From the NCBI GenBank assembly GCA_963770935.1, contig CAVYRJ010000003.1:22223-86222 (forward strand): 64,000 nt of DNA, read 5' to 3'. This document shows, one piece after another, positions 18,618-28,627 of the stretch. The number at the start of each line of letters is the position of its first letter. Position 1 is the stretch's first letter. The notes beneath the pieces were generated by a model, which was given only the letters and a program-made list of their open reading frames with translations, made no database searches and was not told the origin of the DNA. The DNA comes from Candidatus Bathyarchaeota archaeon. GTDB taxonomy: Archaea; Thermoproteota; Bathyarchaeia; Bathyarchaeales; Bathycorpusculaceae. A program made the position numbers and the translations under genes.

Positions 18618-18697
18618 TTCTCGCTGGAAAACTGGTTTTTTATCAAAAAAGAAAATAAATAACGCCTTCAAATATTATTTTTGTACACTGATGCAAG

Positions 18698-19102
18698 ATG
18701 GCAATCGACAAAAAATCCATTAAGAAAATATTTCCACATCTCTACGAGGAACTCGAAACAGGAGAAGTCAAAGTTCCAATTAATGCCGTGCGAAAAAGCC
18801 CGCTGGAAGCTGAAGAAGCTGCTGTTGGCGAAGAATGCGAAGACTGCACAGAAGAAGAGTTCACATCATGCCCAGAAACGCCTGATAAACTGAGGCATTT
18901 TAACCCTTCCGCAGTAGATTTTATTCGCCGATGTGACACCGAAGCGCAAGCCGAGGAAATTATTGCTTACTTGCAAAAGAAGGGCGAAATAACCAAAGAT
19001 AACGCTGAACAGATGCGGTGCCAACTGAAGAGGGATGGCGTAAGAAGCTTCGGTACCAAAAAAGAAGAAAACCACTATTTTAGAGAAGGCGGCATCTACT
19101 AG
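18698..19102 (+). CDS. DUF2095 family protein
   Basis: FPHLYEEL...P.AVDFIRRC.T..QAEEII.YL...GEI...GVRSFG. Confidence 0.8.
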   Translation: MAIDKKSIKKIFPHLYEELETGEVKVPINAVRKSPLEAEEAAVGEECEDCTEEEFTSCPETPDKLRHFNPSAVDFIRRCDTEAQAEEIIAYLQKKGEITKDNAEQMRCQLKRDGVRSFGTKKEENHYFREGGIY

Positions 19103-19131
19103 AATGCTTGAGCTTAGTAATTATGGCAGAG

Positions 19132-20451
19132 CTATGGTGTTAGTCTAACTCTGTCTCTTGGGTAGAGAGTGACTTCTCGGATGTTCTTGTTTCCGGTTAG
19201 AATCATCGTTAACCTTTCGAGCCCCAGTCCCCATCCTGCGTGTGGTGGCATGCCGTAATCGTAGGCTTGCAGGTGGCATTTGAACGATTCGGGATTCAAG
19301 CCCTTCTCTTGAAGCCTTTGGATTAGTTGGTCTTTTTGGGCGATTCTTGTTCCGCCAGAAACAAGTTCGATGTAGCGCCACATCAAATCGAAGCCTTCGC
19401 AAATTTCAGGGTTATCTTCGCGTGGCTTAATGTAGAAGGCTTTTGCGTGGGTAGGCCAATCTGTGATAAAGTAGAAAAACGGGTAAAGCTTCCCTAAAAC
19501 TCGAAAAGCCTCAGTTGGAATGTCTTCACCCCACGGAATCGTAACATCTTGTGCCTTGAGGTCCTCTAGGACTTGATCGTAAGTTAAACGCTTAAACGGA
19601 ATTTCCGGAACCTCAAATTTGTACCCCAACACCGAAAGCTCATTGGCACACTTCTCTTTAACGACGGTGCAAGCATGGTGTATGACTTGTTCAAGAAGTC
19701 CCATGACATCCGTTGCGTTCATAAAAGCCGCTTCAATGTCAACCGATGTGAACTCACTAAGGTGCCTTCTGGTGTGAGATTCTTCAGCACGGAAGAACGG
19801 CCCAACTTCAAACACCTTCTCAAAGCCCAAGGTCAATTCTTCTTTATAGAGCTGTGGGCTCTGCGCAAGGTAGGCTTTTTGACCAAAATAATCCACACTG
19901 AACAGTTCCGCTCCACCCTCCGTCGCAGAAGCAATGATTCTCGGAGTGTGGATCTCCAAAAATTTTTTCTCGAAGAGGAAGCTGCGGATTGCTTCAAGTG
20001 CTGTGTGCTGAACTTTGAATGTTGCTAAGCTGTGTTCTTGGCAAAGATCAAGCGGTCTTGCGTCTAATCGCGATTCAATCAAAGCAGGAGTTTTGCCAGT
20101 AATGTCAATAGGCAACTGCGCAGTAGCTAAATTGAAAATTTTAATTGCCGTGGGAATTACTTCGATGCCTCTGGGAGTCATATTGGTTTTTTTAACATTT
20201 CCTTTAACGCCAAAACTAAACCTTTTCTGCAGCAGGTCAGATTTTTCTAAAACTTCCGGAGCAATTCTTTTTTTGGGGATAGTTAATTGTATTGTTCCTT
20301 CGCGGTCTTGCAGTATAATGAAGCGGATTCCACCTAGGTCGCGGATGTCTTGGACCCAACCAAAAAGTGTGACTTCTTTGCCGTCAACATCGGGTGTTAC
20401 TTGGCATGAATAGTGAGTTCTAATCCAGTCACCGATAGAGTCCAAGTTCAT
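19132..20451 (-). CDS. aspS: Aspartyl-tRNA synthetase (archaeal type)
   Basis: OB-fold GWV.DIRDLG, LAQSPQLYK, FRAE.S.T.RH, GMPPH.G.GLGLER. Confidence 0.95.
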   Translation of the reverse strand: MNLDSIGDWIRTHYSCQVTPDVDGKEVTLFGWVQDIRDLGGIRFIILQDREGTIQLTIPKKRIAPEVLEKSDLLQKRFSFGVKGNVKKTNMTPRGIEVIPTAIKIFNLATAQLPIDITGKTPALIESRLDARPLDLCQEHSLATFKVQHTALEAIRSFLFEKKFLEIHTPRIIASATEGGAELFSVDYFGQKAYLAQSPQLYKEELTLGFEKVFEVGPFFRAEESHTRRHLSEFTSVDIEAAFMNATDVMGLLEQVIHHACTVVKEKCANELSVLGYKFEVPEIPFKRLTYDQVLEDLKAQDVTIPWGEDIPTEAFRVLGKLYPFFYFITDWPTHAKAFYIKPREDNPEICEGFDLMWRYIELVSGGTRIAQKDQLIQRLQEKGLNPESFKCHLQAYDYGMPPHAGWGLGLERLTMILTGNKNIREVTLYPRDRVRLTP

Positions 20452-20465
20452 GCTTTTTCGCCAAC

Positions 20466-20996
20466 CTAATCTGCAATTTCAACGCGTAGGGACATTTTAC
20501 GTACTTTACTGGCGATTTCCTTCAAAGCTTTAAGGTCAAAGGGCAGCTGAGCACCGCGTTTCCTCTTGAGAATTACCCGTGTTTCGGTGGTTCCGTCTGG
20601 TAGCCAGATTGTGTTGATGGTCAGGATGCTGAAGGGTACAAAGAGGTCTTCAAGGAATTTTCGGTCGTCAACACCGTGCTCAAGTACGCGGACGTTTTTA
20701 CCTGTTTCGTCACCGAGAGTTTTAACGATTTTTCCGCCGTAACCTAAAAGTTTAGGAACATCTCCATGTCCGACGAGGATGGCTAAGGTTTTTTCAACCT
20801 CAACGGCCTTGTAGAAACAAACGTTTTGCAGGGATGGATACTTTTCTTCTAGGGAGAGCAGTATACGGGCGATTTTCAGGTCTATGTCGCTGATTTCGCC
20901 AGCTTTTACTTTGGCTGAACATTTTTGGCATAATATGCCACTTTTTAAGCAGAAACTGCATAGTTCTGTTTTCATTTGTGTGTCGTTTTCCTGCAA
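20466..20996 (-). CDS. NusA-like KH-domain protein with N-terminal Cys motif
   Basis: CxxCxKSGILCxxC; LLGYGGKIVK KH motif; INTIWLPDG. Confidence 0.75.
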   Translation of the reverse strand: MQENDTQMKTELCSFCLKSGILCQKCSAKVKAGEISDIDLKIARILLSLEEKYPSLQNVCFYKAVEVEKTLAILVGHGDVPKLLGYGGKIVKTLGDETGKNVRVLEHGVDDRKFLEDLFVPFSILTINTIWLPDGTTETRVILKRKRGAQLPFDLKALKEIASKVRKMSLRVEIAD

Positions 20997-21022
20997 AGAA
21001 GGAGTTTAGCTTCAGCGTGATT

Positions 21023-21322
21023 TTATCTTGTCAGTGTTATTTCTATTGTGCTAACGTTAGTTGCGGTGTTGCCGTCTTCTTGGTCTTGTGGTAGGAATTG
21101 GTCTGTTCCGATGCTGATGCTTTTTATTTTTGCGTCTGGCAGGAATCTGTGTCTGACAACTTCGGCGACATCAATTGCTCGGCTGATGGATCTGCCGCGT
21201 GCTTTTATACTGACGTCTTTTGCTCCGCCGTGGAAGAATGTGATGCATGCGAGAACATAGTTCATTATTGGTTTTTTGCCGATTAAGACTGCGCTGGCGT
21301 TTTCTGTCACGTTCCGCTTCAC
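21023..21322 (-). CDS. albA: Alba chromatin/RNA-binding protein
   Basis: VLIGKKP.MNYVLA...[16 protein letters not shown]...VSTIEI. Confidence 0.9.
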   Translation of the reverse strand: MKRNVTENASAVLIGKKPIMNYVLACITFFHGGAKDVSIKARGRSISRAIDVAEVVRHRFLPDAKIKSISIGTDQFLPQDQEDGNTATNVSTIEITLTR

Positions 21323-21690
21323 TCCTAGTTTACTTTTAAGTGGCTTGACTTAAGCTTTTTTTTAAAATAAATACGTTGTGGTGTTTGGTTTGAGTTGCTT
21401 GCAGGAAGCATTGGCTCGTTTTGATTATGTGTAAAGCAATTTTCCAGCAATAGTTTTGGCTATCTGCAGACAGAAAAACAGCTACTTAGTATGTATAAGA
21501 AAATAAATTAGGATAATTCCTTTCAAATTTTCTAAAATAGAATTTATTTTACCCACCAATCACTCTGGTTACCCAGTTTTGAAACGCTTTATTGTTAGAT
21601 AAAAAAATCACTCAAGCTTTTATAAGAGTCAGATTCTTAAGTGAGTATGCTACCTTATGTAAAGGTTTAACTTAACAAAACAACACAAAA

Positions 21691-22158
21691 GTGACCAATT
21701 TGGAGCCATTAACTAAACGTTCAATCCAACTCTTAAAAACCCTCTACGAGAAAGGCAAATCCACAAACACCTACACGCTAAGAGTAAAACAAGACGAATT
21801 ATCAAGCCAGCTGGGCGTAAGTAGGCAAGCATTAAACGTGCACTTGCGTAAACTCAAAAACCGCGGTTACATTCGCACAGGAAGAGGCTTCATCGACGTC
21901 ACCGAAAAAGGCTTAAGCGCCCTTGGCGTATCCACAACACCAGCCTTCATACTCCTCAAAGTTTCCCCTGTAAAACGCATCCACGTTTACGAGCAAATTC
22001 GTGAGCTTGCTGTTTCAAGAGCTTTCCGAATTGCCGGAGAAGTTGATGCGTTGATTATTGTTGAGCGCGAAAACCTTGATGAAATATTAAAGAAGCTATA
22101 CAGCATCGATGGAATAGAGGATACACGTTCTTATGTCACAATTGAGGTAATCAAATAG
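21691..22158 (+). CDS. Lrp/AsnC-like transcriptional regulator
   Basis: QDELSSQLGVSRQALNVHLRKL HTH plus AsnC ligand-binding domain (IAGEVDA...IDGIEDTRSY). Confidence 0.8.
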   Translation: MTNLEPLTKRSIQLLKTLYEKGKSTNTYTLRVKQDELSSQLGVSRQALNVHLRKLKNRGYIRTGRGFIDVTEKGLSALGVSTTPAFILLKVSPVKRIHVYEQIRELAVSRAFRIAGEVDALIIVERENLDEILKKLYSIDGIEDTRSYVTIEVIK

Positions 22159-22167
22159 GCGCAGTTT

Positions 22168-23313
22168 TTGGATTTATTTGAGTTTGAAGCAAAAAAAGAA
22201 TTCGCAAAGCATCGCATCCCAATTCCAAATGGCAAATTAGTCACCAGATATAGCCAAATAACAAAAGCAATCGCCGAGCTAAAGCCGCCTTATATGGTGA
22301 AAGCACAAGTTTTATCTGGCGGTAGAGGAAAGGCAGGCGGAATCATACCTACCGAATCAGTCAAAGAAGCAGAAGATGTTGTATCAAAACTTCTTGGAGC
22401 GCAAATATTGGGTTTGCGTGTTAAGCAGGTGCTGGTAGAAGAAAAGATTTCATCGAACAGAGAAATGTACGTCGGCATCACTATTGACCGCTTCAATCGA
22501 TGCTACGTTGTGCTTGCGTCCAAAACAGGTGGAGTGGACATTGAAGAAGTATCTGACAAAACTCCTCAGGCAATCTTTAGGACACAGATTGATTCAACCT
22601 TAGGTATCAGTTCTTTTGATTCCGCGGTAATCGCGAAACAGTTAGGTTACAGTGGAAACTTGCAAACAGAATTATCCGCGATTATCCAAAAACTCTATCG
22701 AATATTGAATGATAACGACGCTGAACTTGTTGAAATTAACCCCTTGGCTGAGACGCAGACAGGTTTTGTAGCATTAGATGCCCGAATGGTAATCGATGAT
22801 AACGCCATGTTTAGGCATCCAGAATACGTACAAAGAGAAGCCCAAGAGCTTTCACCTCAAGAGGTTTGCGCTCTACAACATAATCTGGCTTACGTTAAAC
22901 TCGATGGCGACATCGGGGTAATCGGCAATGGCGCTGGGTTAGTCATGGCTACGATTGATTTGCTGAACCTTTTTGGCGGCAAGCCAGCGGATTTTTTGGA
23001 TTTAGGAGGCGGCGCTGCCATTGAAGCGATAACTGCAGCCTTACAGATTATTTTCTCCAATCCCAACATCGCTGTTGTGCTCATAAATGTGCTTGGCGGG
23101 ATAACCCATTGTGACGACGTTGCAAGGGGCATCGTTGAAGCAGTGAACTTCGCTGAGGACAAAAAGCCGTTGGTTGTTAGGCTTGTAGGCACGAACCAGA
23201 AGGAAGGACGAAGAATTCTTGAGGAATCGGGAATAAGCGTCTTAGATAGCATGGAAGAAGCTGCAAGAAAAGCTGTTGAAATCGCCAAAGGAGATAGGCA
23301 AAAATGGGCATAA
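22168..23313 (+). CDS. sucC: Succinyl-CoA synthetase beta subunit (ADP-forming acyl-CoA ligase family)
   Basis: VKAQV..GGRGKAGG, EINPL, GNGAGLVMAT.D, GGITHCD.VA. Confidence 0.9.
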   Translation: MDLFEFEAKKEFAKHRIPIPNGKLVTRYSQITKAIAELKPPYMVKAQVLSGGRGKAGGIIPTESVKEAEDVVSKLLGAQILGLRVKQVLVEEKISSNREMYVGITIDRFNRCYVVLASKTGGVDIEEVSDKTPQAIFRTQIDSTLGISSFDSAVIAKQLGYSGNLQTELSAIIQKLYRILNDNDAELVEINPLAETQTGFVALDARMVIDDNAMFRHPEYVQREAQELSPQEVCALQHNLAYVKLDGDIGVIGNGAGLVMATIDLLNLFGGKPADFLDLGGGAAIEAITAALQIIFSNPNIAVVLINVLGGITHCDDVARGIVEAVNFAEDKKPLVVRLVGTNQKEGRRILEESGISVLDSMEEAARKAVEIAKGDRQKWA

Positions 23314-24179
23314 TCGTTAACGCTGATACTAAAGTGATAGTTCAAGGTATTACTGGGAAACAGGGCAGTTACCACTCAAAACTCATGCTCGATTACGGCA
23401 CAAAAATCGTGGCTGGAGTAGTTCCCGGCAAAGGCGGTGAAAGAGTGCATGGTGTGCCAGTCTATGACACGGTAAAAGAAACAATCGAAGCGTATTCGCC
23501 TGACGCTTCCGTAATCTTTGTTCCGGCACCATTCGCCAAGGCTGCGGTTTTTGAAGCCATAAATAACCATCTCCAAACTGTCGTGGTAGTCACCGAGCAT
23601 CTGCCCATAAAAGACACCATAAGCATTATGGCGCAAGCCCACAGCGCGCAAGTCACTGTTATCGGTCCCAATTCGCCTGGAATAATCGTTCCTGACGAAT
23701 GCAAACTGGGAATAATGCCTGCAGAAGTATTTTCACCGGGTAATATTGGCGTTGTTTCGCGAAGCGGCACTTTAACCTACGAAATCGCTGAAAACTTGAC
23801 ACAAATGGGCTTTGGGCAATCCGCGTGTTTGGGAATTGGCGGTGACCCAGTTGTCGGGTTGAATTTCATCGATGCTTTAGAACTGTTCAAGGAGCATTCT
23901 GGGACAGACGCGGTGGTTTTAATTGGTGAAATCGGCGGCAACATCGAGGAGTTAACAGCTGACTATATAGATAGAAAGAATTATCCTAAGCCTGTAGTGG
24001 CCTATGTAGCTGGGCGCTTTGCACCATCTGGCAAACGGATGGGGCATGCAGGAGCAATAGTGATAGGTAAGAAGGAAACTGCGGAAAGCAAGATTGAAGC
24101 CTTCAAGAATGCTGGCGTAAACGTGGCTGAGAAACCCAGCGATGTCGCTTCATTGTTGAAGAAGGCACTTCTGCATTAA
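23304..24179 (+). CDS. sucD: Succinyl-CoA synthetase alpha subunit
   Basis: VQGITG, IGPN.PG, SRSGTLTYE, GEIGG, MGHAGA phospho-His motif. Confidence 0.92.
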   Translation: MGIIVNADTKVIVQGITGKQGSYHSKLMLDYGTKIVAGVVPGKGGERVHGVPVYDTVKETIEAYSPDASVIFVPAPFAKAAVFEAINNHLQTVVVVTEHLPIKDTISIMAQAHSAQVTVIGPNSPGIIVPDECKLGIMPAEVFSPGNIGVVSRSGTLTYEIAENLTQMGFGQSACLGIGGDPVVGLNFIDALELFKEHSGTDAVVLIGEIGGNIEELTADYIDRKNYPKPVVAYVAGRFAPSGKRMGHAGAIVIGKKETAESKIEAFKNAGVNVAEKPSDVASLLKKALLH

Positions 24180-24275
24180 ATGTGCTTTTTTCAGTTAATT
24201 GGGTTGGTTTAGACAAAAGGTATATTTGATACTTAACCATCAAAGAGTTAGCCAAAACGGAAGGTTTGCAATAAA

Positions 24276-24437
24276 ATGCCAATATTAGATCCAGTAAAAA
24301 AAGCCATAGCGCAAAAACACCGCTTGTACATGAAAATCTGCCGAGACTGTGGCTCACGCAACGCAGCAACTGCACTGAAATGCCGAAAGTGCAAGGGCAA
24401 GAACCTGCGCTGGAAGAAACGAGAAATAGTAAAGTAA
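24276..24437 (+). CDS. rpl40e: 50S ribosomal protein L40e (below the ORF-track length cutoff)
   Basis: Manual translation MPILDPVKKAIAQKHRLYMKICRDCGSRNAATALKCRKCKGKNLRWKKREIVK. Confidence 0.92.
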   Translation: MPILDPVKKAIAQKHRLYMKICRDCGSRNAATALKCRKCKGKNLRWKKREIVK

Positions 24438-24595
24438 CCGCTTACTTTTCTTTTACTTTTGTTTTACCAAAATCGATCACTACGTAAGTGCTTTTTCTAT
24501 AGCCCCTTAATTGAAGGGAAAAACGGCTGAGTGAACGTCAGGTTAGTTGAAAAATTTGGTGTGTTAATGGAAAATAGTCTTTTTTATGTAATGGC

Positions 24596-24796
24596 TTATG
24601 CCGCCATTACTAGAACCCATTTAACAGAACCGCAAGTTCTGCATGGTGGAAAAGTCTCAGTTTTAGACAACGGTATGCGGGCTTTTTCTGCTTTGTCTTT
24701 GCAGAAATGCTCATACAATCCTGATGCTGGGCATTTCTCGCCGGTTCTGTAAGATTTTTTAGCAGATTTCTTAGTTGCAGCTTTTTTCTCAGGCAT
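24596..24796 (-). CDS. YjzC-like small zinc-ribbon protein
   Basis: TGEKCPASGLY...C...IPL...ETFPPC..C....W. Confidence 0.7.
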   Translation of the reverse strand: MPEKKAATKKSAKKSYRTGEKCPASGLYEHFCKDKAEKARIPLSKTETFPPCRTCGSVKWVLVMAA

Positions 24797-24883
24797 GAAT
24801 ATCAGACAAGTAGTCTCTTGGTGCGGCTGGCATTATAAGCTTTGTTAACAGTTAATTCATATAAGAAAATAATTAAACAGTGC

Positions 24884-25498
24884 TTAGAGGACTTTCCGTA
24901 AAGTTTCCATGTTGAAAACAGTGCATGAACAGCCATTTTTTAATAAAGGAATACCTTGCCCTGTTATGTTCATGCCGCTGATGAGGGGACCCATAATTTT
25001 CATTTCTTCCCCACATGCCACTCCAACTATTCCTTCATATCGGCTGTTCTTTATAATTTTGGGTATACAGGAACCTCCAGGTAACAAATAAACGTCATAA
25101 CCCTTCTTTCTGGCGTATTGGTCTGCCTTGTTTACCATGCAATCATCCGAACAATGCGCACAAGTATAACATGGAGTATCTGGGTTGAAGGTTGCTTTGC
25201 ACCGGCCATCCATATATTTGCGGGAGCAGTGTGGAAGGAAAATCGCTCTCTTCTTGGTTTGCAAAAACCTGCCCCTTTCCATACTGTTAATAGCTTGTAA
25301 ATCAATCAAGTCCTGAAGCAAAGAAACAGCATCTGAAAGGTTAAGTCCTGTTGCTTCTTGAATTTTAAATTTAAGGATTAAATCGTTAAGTGTCTTCAGG
25401 AAGCTTTTATGCATGCCCTTTTGGTAACTAATCATGGCAATTTCCGTGAAGAAGAAGCGAGGGACCTTTGAGATGTCGAAGGTGAATTTATAGGGCAT
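24884..25498 (-). CDS. DUF116 domain protein
   Basis: FLPHC...C...CxxC..C, PGGS, GVAC..E, PL...GC. Confidence 0.85.
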   Translation of the reverse strand: MPYKFTFDISKVPRFFFTEIAMISYQKGMHKSFLKTLNDLILKFKIQEATGLNLSDAVSLLQDLIDLQAINSMERGRFLQTKKRAIFLPHCSRKYMDGRCKATFNPDTPCYTCAHCSDDCMVNKADQYARKKGYDVYLLPGGSCIPKIIKNSRYEGIVGVACGEEMKIMGPLISGMNITGQGIPLLKNGCSCTVFNMETLRKVL

Positions 25499-25539
25499 AA
25501 CTTAGCATTAGCAACGTGCGTGCTTAAAAAAATTACTTA

Positions 25540-25841
25540 TTCTAAATCAGGTTTTGCCTGCATTAATCTTTAACAGATTTAGCCCTTATAAGGCTCTAAT
25601 GGACATTAAATCTTCTCGCAACGGTTTTACCTCAGCTTCAAGGTCCTGACTCTTAATTCAATCCACCTTGAAGTTTTCAAGGTTGCTTTGCAGCCTAGAC
25701 AATGAGGCAATTATCTCCCCTTCTGATGGAGATTAACAGGTTTTGATTAAGACCCCGCTGGATTTCGCGGAGTTCAAAAATTGACTCTTTTATCTTTGGC
25801 TCTTCTAAAAGCGTATCTGGATTAACCAGTGATAGAGCCCT
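25540..25841 (-). ncRNA. Candidate structured RNA of about 300 nt between tfb and the DUF116 gene
   Basis: End-to-end helix AGGGCUCUA/UAGAGCCUU plus several internal hairpins; G-U pairs and a GCAA tetraloop favour the minus strand; no ORF. Confidence 0.45.
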
Positions 25842-25863
25842 TTACAAAAAAAGGATTGAGATG

Positions 25864-26838
25864 TTAGATACTTATTTGGAACATTAAGCGTTCAACGAGT
25901 TCTTTGTACCTGTTGCGAATAGTGACCTCTGTTACCTGGGCAATTTCAGCGATTTCCCTTTGAGTTTTGCGTTCACCAGTTAAAACGGATGCAACGTAGC
26001 TTGCAGCAGCTGCGATACCTGTCGGTCCTCTGCCTGATGTAAGTTTTAGTTCTTTGGCTGAGGCTAAGATTTTATGTGCAATTTCCTCGACTTTTCCCTG
26101 CATCGTTAGTTGGTTGGAGAACTTTGTTATGTATTGGCTCGGTCTTAGAGGCGGTATAGAGTAGTTTAGTTCTCTGATTAGAAAACGGTAGCTTCGCCCA
26201 ACTTCCTTCTTGTTAACCATCGATGACTGAGAGATTTCGTCTAGGGTGCGAGGTAAACCGCATTGTCGACACGCTAAATAAATGGATGCGGAGGTGACTC
26301 CTTGAATTGACCTGCCTCGGATAAGGCGCTCTTTTACGGCTTTACGGTAAATAACTGAGGCGGTTTCAAGAATGTTCTTTGGAAGGTTTAGGTTATTGGA
26401 AATCTTTGTGATTTCAGAGAGGGCAAACGCTAAGTTCCGTTCTGTTGCATCTGAAACCCTAATGCGCCGTTGCCACTTTCGCAGGCGATAAACTTGCGCT
26501 TTCTGACCTGGTGAGAGACTTTTACCATAGATGTCTCGGTCATGCCAGTCGATTGTTGTTGACAGTCCTTTATCATGGATTGTGTAAGTCAGGGGTGCCC
26601 CAACACGAGTTCGCTTCGACCTTTGCTCATCATCAAAAGCTCTCCACTCAGGTCCACGATCAGCTATTTTAGCCGCTACAACGAAACCGCAGTCCATACA
26701 TACGATTTCGGCACACTCATAATCGCGCATAAGGCGGGTGCTGCCACATTCGGGGCATGATTGAACTTTGGCCGGTTCTGCTTTTGGCACAGCTTGATCT
26801 TGATTTACAGGTTCATGTAACTTGCTAGCTCTACTCAT
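25864..26838 (-). CDS. tfb: Transcription initiation factor IIB
   Basis: Zn ribbon CPECG...CMDCG, GPEWRAF, cyclin repeats, [13 protein letters not shown]. Confidence 0.97.
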   Translation of the reverse strand: MSRASKLHEPVNQDQAVPKAEPAKVQSCPECGSTRLMRDYECAEIVCMDCGFVVAAKIADRGPEWRAFDDEQRSKRTRVGAPLTYTIHDKGLSTTIDWHDRDIYGKSLSPGQKAQVYRLRKWQRRIRVSDATERNLAFALSEITKISNNLNLPKNILETASVIYRKAVKERLIRGRSIQGVTSASIYLACRQCGLPRTLDEISQSSMVNKKEVGRSYRFLIRELNYSIPPLRPSQYITKFSNQLTMQGKVEEIAHKILASAKELKLTSGRGPTGIAAAASYVASVLTGERKTQREIAEIAQVTEVTIRNRYKELVERLMFQISI

Positions 26839-27093
26839 TCATCTTCTGCTCCCTTTTGTTTTCGAGAGAAGCAAGTACACTGGTTTATTCACTAGTTTCT
26901 CAGGTTCCTTAACTATTGATTTAATAACTGCATAAGGAGCTGAGACAGGGCCTATAATATCAAAAACTTTACCGACAACAATTAAGTTCTCATCGACAAC
27001 TTCTGAGCCCATTTTCGGTGGATTTTCTGCTTTTACCACCATGTTTCGCGATGGAGTTACATTTGAAACCTTGCCCAATCGTTGCAGACGCAA
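26839..27093 (-). CDS. gar1: H/ACA RNP protein Gar1
   Basis: VGKVFDIIGPVSAPY; conserved position next to tfb. Confidence 0.88.
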   Translation of the reverse strand: MRLQRLGKVSNVTPSRNMVVKAENPPKMGSEVVDENLIVVGKVFDIIGPVSAPYAVIKSIVKEPEKLVNKPVYLLLSKTKGSRR

Positions 27094-27248
27094 TTCCCCT
27101 CTCGAAAAACATGTAGGAACCCGTAACAGTTTATATAAAGTTTTCTAAGTGCTTTATAAGCTGAAAGTACAAGTACAGCTTTTTGGAGCAGAAAGCTTCT
27201 TAAATAAGAAGTGTGGATAAGACTGTGCCTTAAAAGGGTGAGGCTAAT

Positions 27249-27629
27249 ATGTCTAAACCATTCTATGTAAAATATGAAGTCCCAAAAGAAATCGTAGATG
27301 CAGCCTATGAAGCCCTAACGATTGCTTCAAAATCAGGATCAGTTAGGAAAGGAACAAACGAGGCAACAAAAGCAGTTGAACGCTCACAAGCAAAACTAGT
27401 CGTAATCGCTGAAGATGTTGACCCACCAGAAGTCATAGCACACCTACCACTACTCTGCGACGAAAGAAAAATTCCATACGTATTTGTCCCAAGCAAAGAA
27501 CAACTTGGCAAATCCATCGGTATCGACGTTCCATGCGCAGCAGCCTGCATAATCAGAGAAGGAGAAGCAGCAGGGTTACTCAAAGAAATCGTCACACGAA
27601 TCGATCAGGTTAAACGAGGAACTCAGTAA
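27249..27629 (+). CDS. rpl7ae: 50S ribosomal protein L7Ae
   Basis: [21 protein letters not shown]. Confidence 0.97.
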   Translation: MSKPFYVKYEVPKEIVDAAYEALTIASKSGSVRKGTNEATKAVERSQAKLVVIAEDVDPPEVIAHLPLLCDERKIPYVFVPSKEQLGKSIGIDVPCAAACIIREGEAAGLLKEIVTRIDQVKRGTQ

Positions 27630-27847
27630 TGAGTAAAGAAGCAGCAGAAGAACTTATCCCATCCGAAGTCATACAAGTCATAGGTCGCACAGGCGTAACT
27701 GGAGAAATCACACAGGTCAGAGTCCGCATCATGGAAGGCAAAGACAAAGGCAGAATCATCACACGCAACGTCAAAGGACCAGTAAGAGCGCAAGATATTC
27801 TGATGCTGCGAGAAACAGAAAGAGAAGCAAAGAAAATCACACGGTAA
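27629..27847 (+). CDS. rps28e: 30S ribosomal protein S28e
   Basis: [26 protein letters not shown]. Confidence 0.97.
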   Translation: MSKEAAEELIPSEVIQVIGRTGVTGEITQVRVRIMEGKDKGRIITRNVKGPVRAQDILMLRETEREAKKITR

Positions 27848-27868
27848 AAATAACCTGGAGAAATTGTC

Positions 27869-28066
27869 ATGCCAAAACCTAGAAAATGTTCGTTCTGTGG
27901 TGCTGATTTCCCAGCTGGCACAGGCATGATGTTTGTTAAAAACGACGGCTCAATCCTTTGGTTCGATTCTAGCAAATGCAAGAAAAGCAGTTTATCTTTC
28001 AAACGTGACGCACGCAAACTAAAATGGACAAAATACTTCGGCAAAGAAGAAAAGGGCAAAGGGTAA
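27869..28066 (+). CDS. rpl24e: 50S ribosomal protein L24e
   Basis: CSFCG...GTG.MFVKNDG...SSKC...KWT. Confidence 0.95.
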   Translation: MPKPRKCSFCGADFPAGTGMMFVKNDGSILWFDSSKCKKSSLSFKRDARKLKWTKYFGKEEKGKG

Positions 28067-28185
28067 ACCAGCAAGCAATCTTCTACGTTTCAACCCATTT
28101 TTTCCTATTTTGTAAATTATGTATTCACTTTTCGACTGAAACCTTATCTTCTAGCATAGGCAATCTGAGTTTTAGGTCCTAAAAC

Positions 28186-28506
28186 TTGCCCATGTTTTTT
28201 GCAAGGAAAGAAGTGTTCGAGTGGTTAGCGCAAGGGAAAAAAATAATTGATGTTCGTAAAGGTAATCCTCGTGACGGAGATATAGCTGTTTTTCAGTCTG
28301 GTCCGCGTACTTTGAGGTTGAGGATTGTGAAGAAGGAATCTGGACGACTTGAGGAGGTTTTGCGTTTGGATAACTTTAGGGCGGTTATTCCTTCGGCTTT
28401 GGAGCTTGACAACGCTGTTGATTATTTGCAGAGGATTTACGGTATCAGGGATGGGATTTTTACTGCTTATTATGTTGAGCCTTTACTTGCTTCCGAAAAA
28501 TGTTAA
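28186..28506 (+). CDS. ASCH/PUA-like domain protein
   Basis: FEWL..GKK.IDVR....GD...F motif. Confidence 0.7.
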   Translation: MPMFFARKEVFEWLAQGKKIIDVRKGNPRDGDIAVFQSGPRTLRLRIVKKESGRLEEVLRLDNFRAVIPSALELDNAVDYLQRIYGIRDGIFTAYYVEPLLASEKC

Positions 28507-28627
28507 TTGAAGATTGAATTTTAGCACCAAAAGCACATTATATTACGTTTTTAGCAAAAAATATGTGGAAAACGTAACGCTTAAATAATCTGCTTGCCAA
28601 GTGTTCCACACCTAAAGAGGAATAAAA

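Noticed and set aside
25540-25841. RNase P or SRP RNA identity
   Set aside because: No GAGGAAxxUCC / ACAGAAxxxGGCUUA P4 strands and no SRP helix-8 motif visible.
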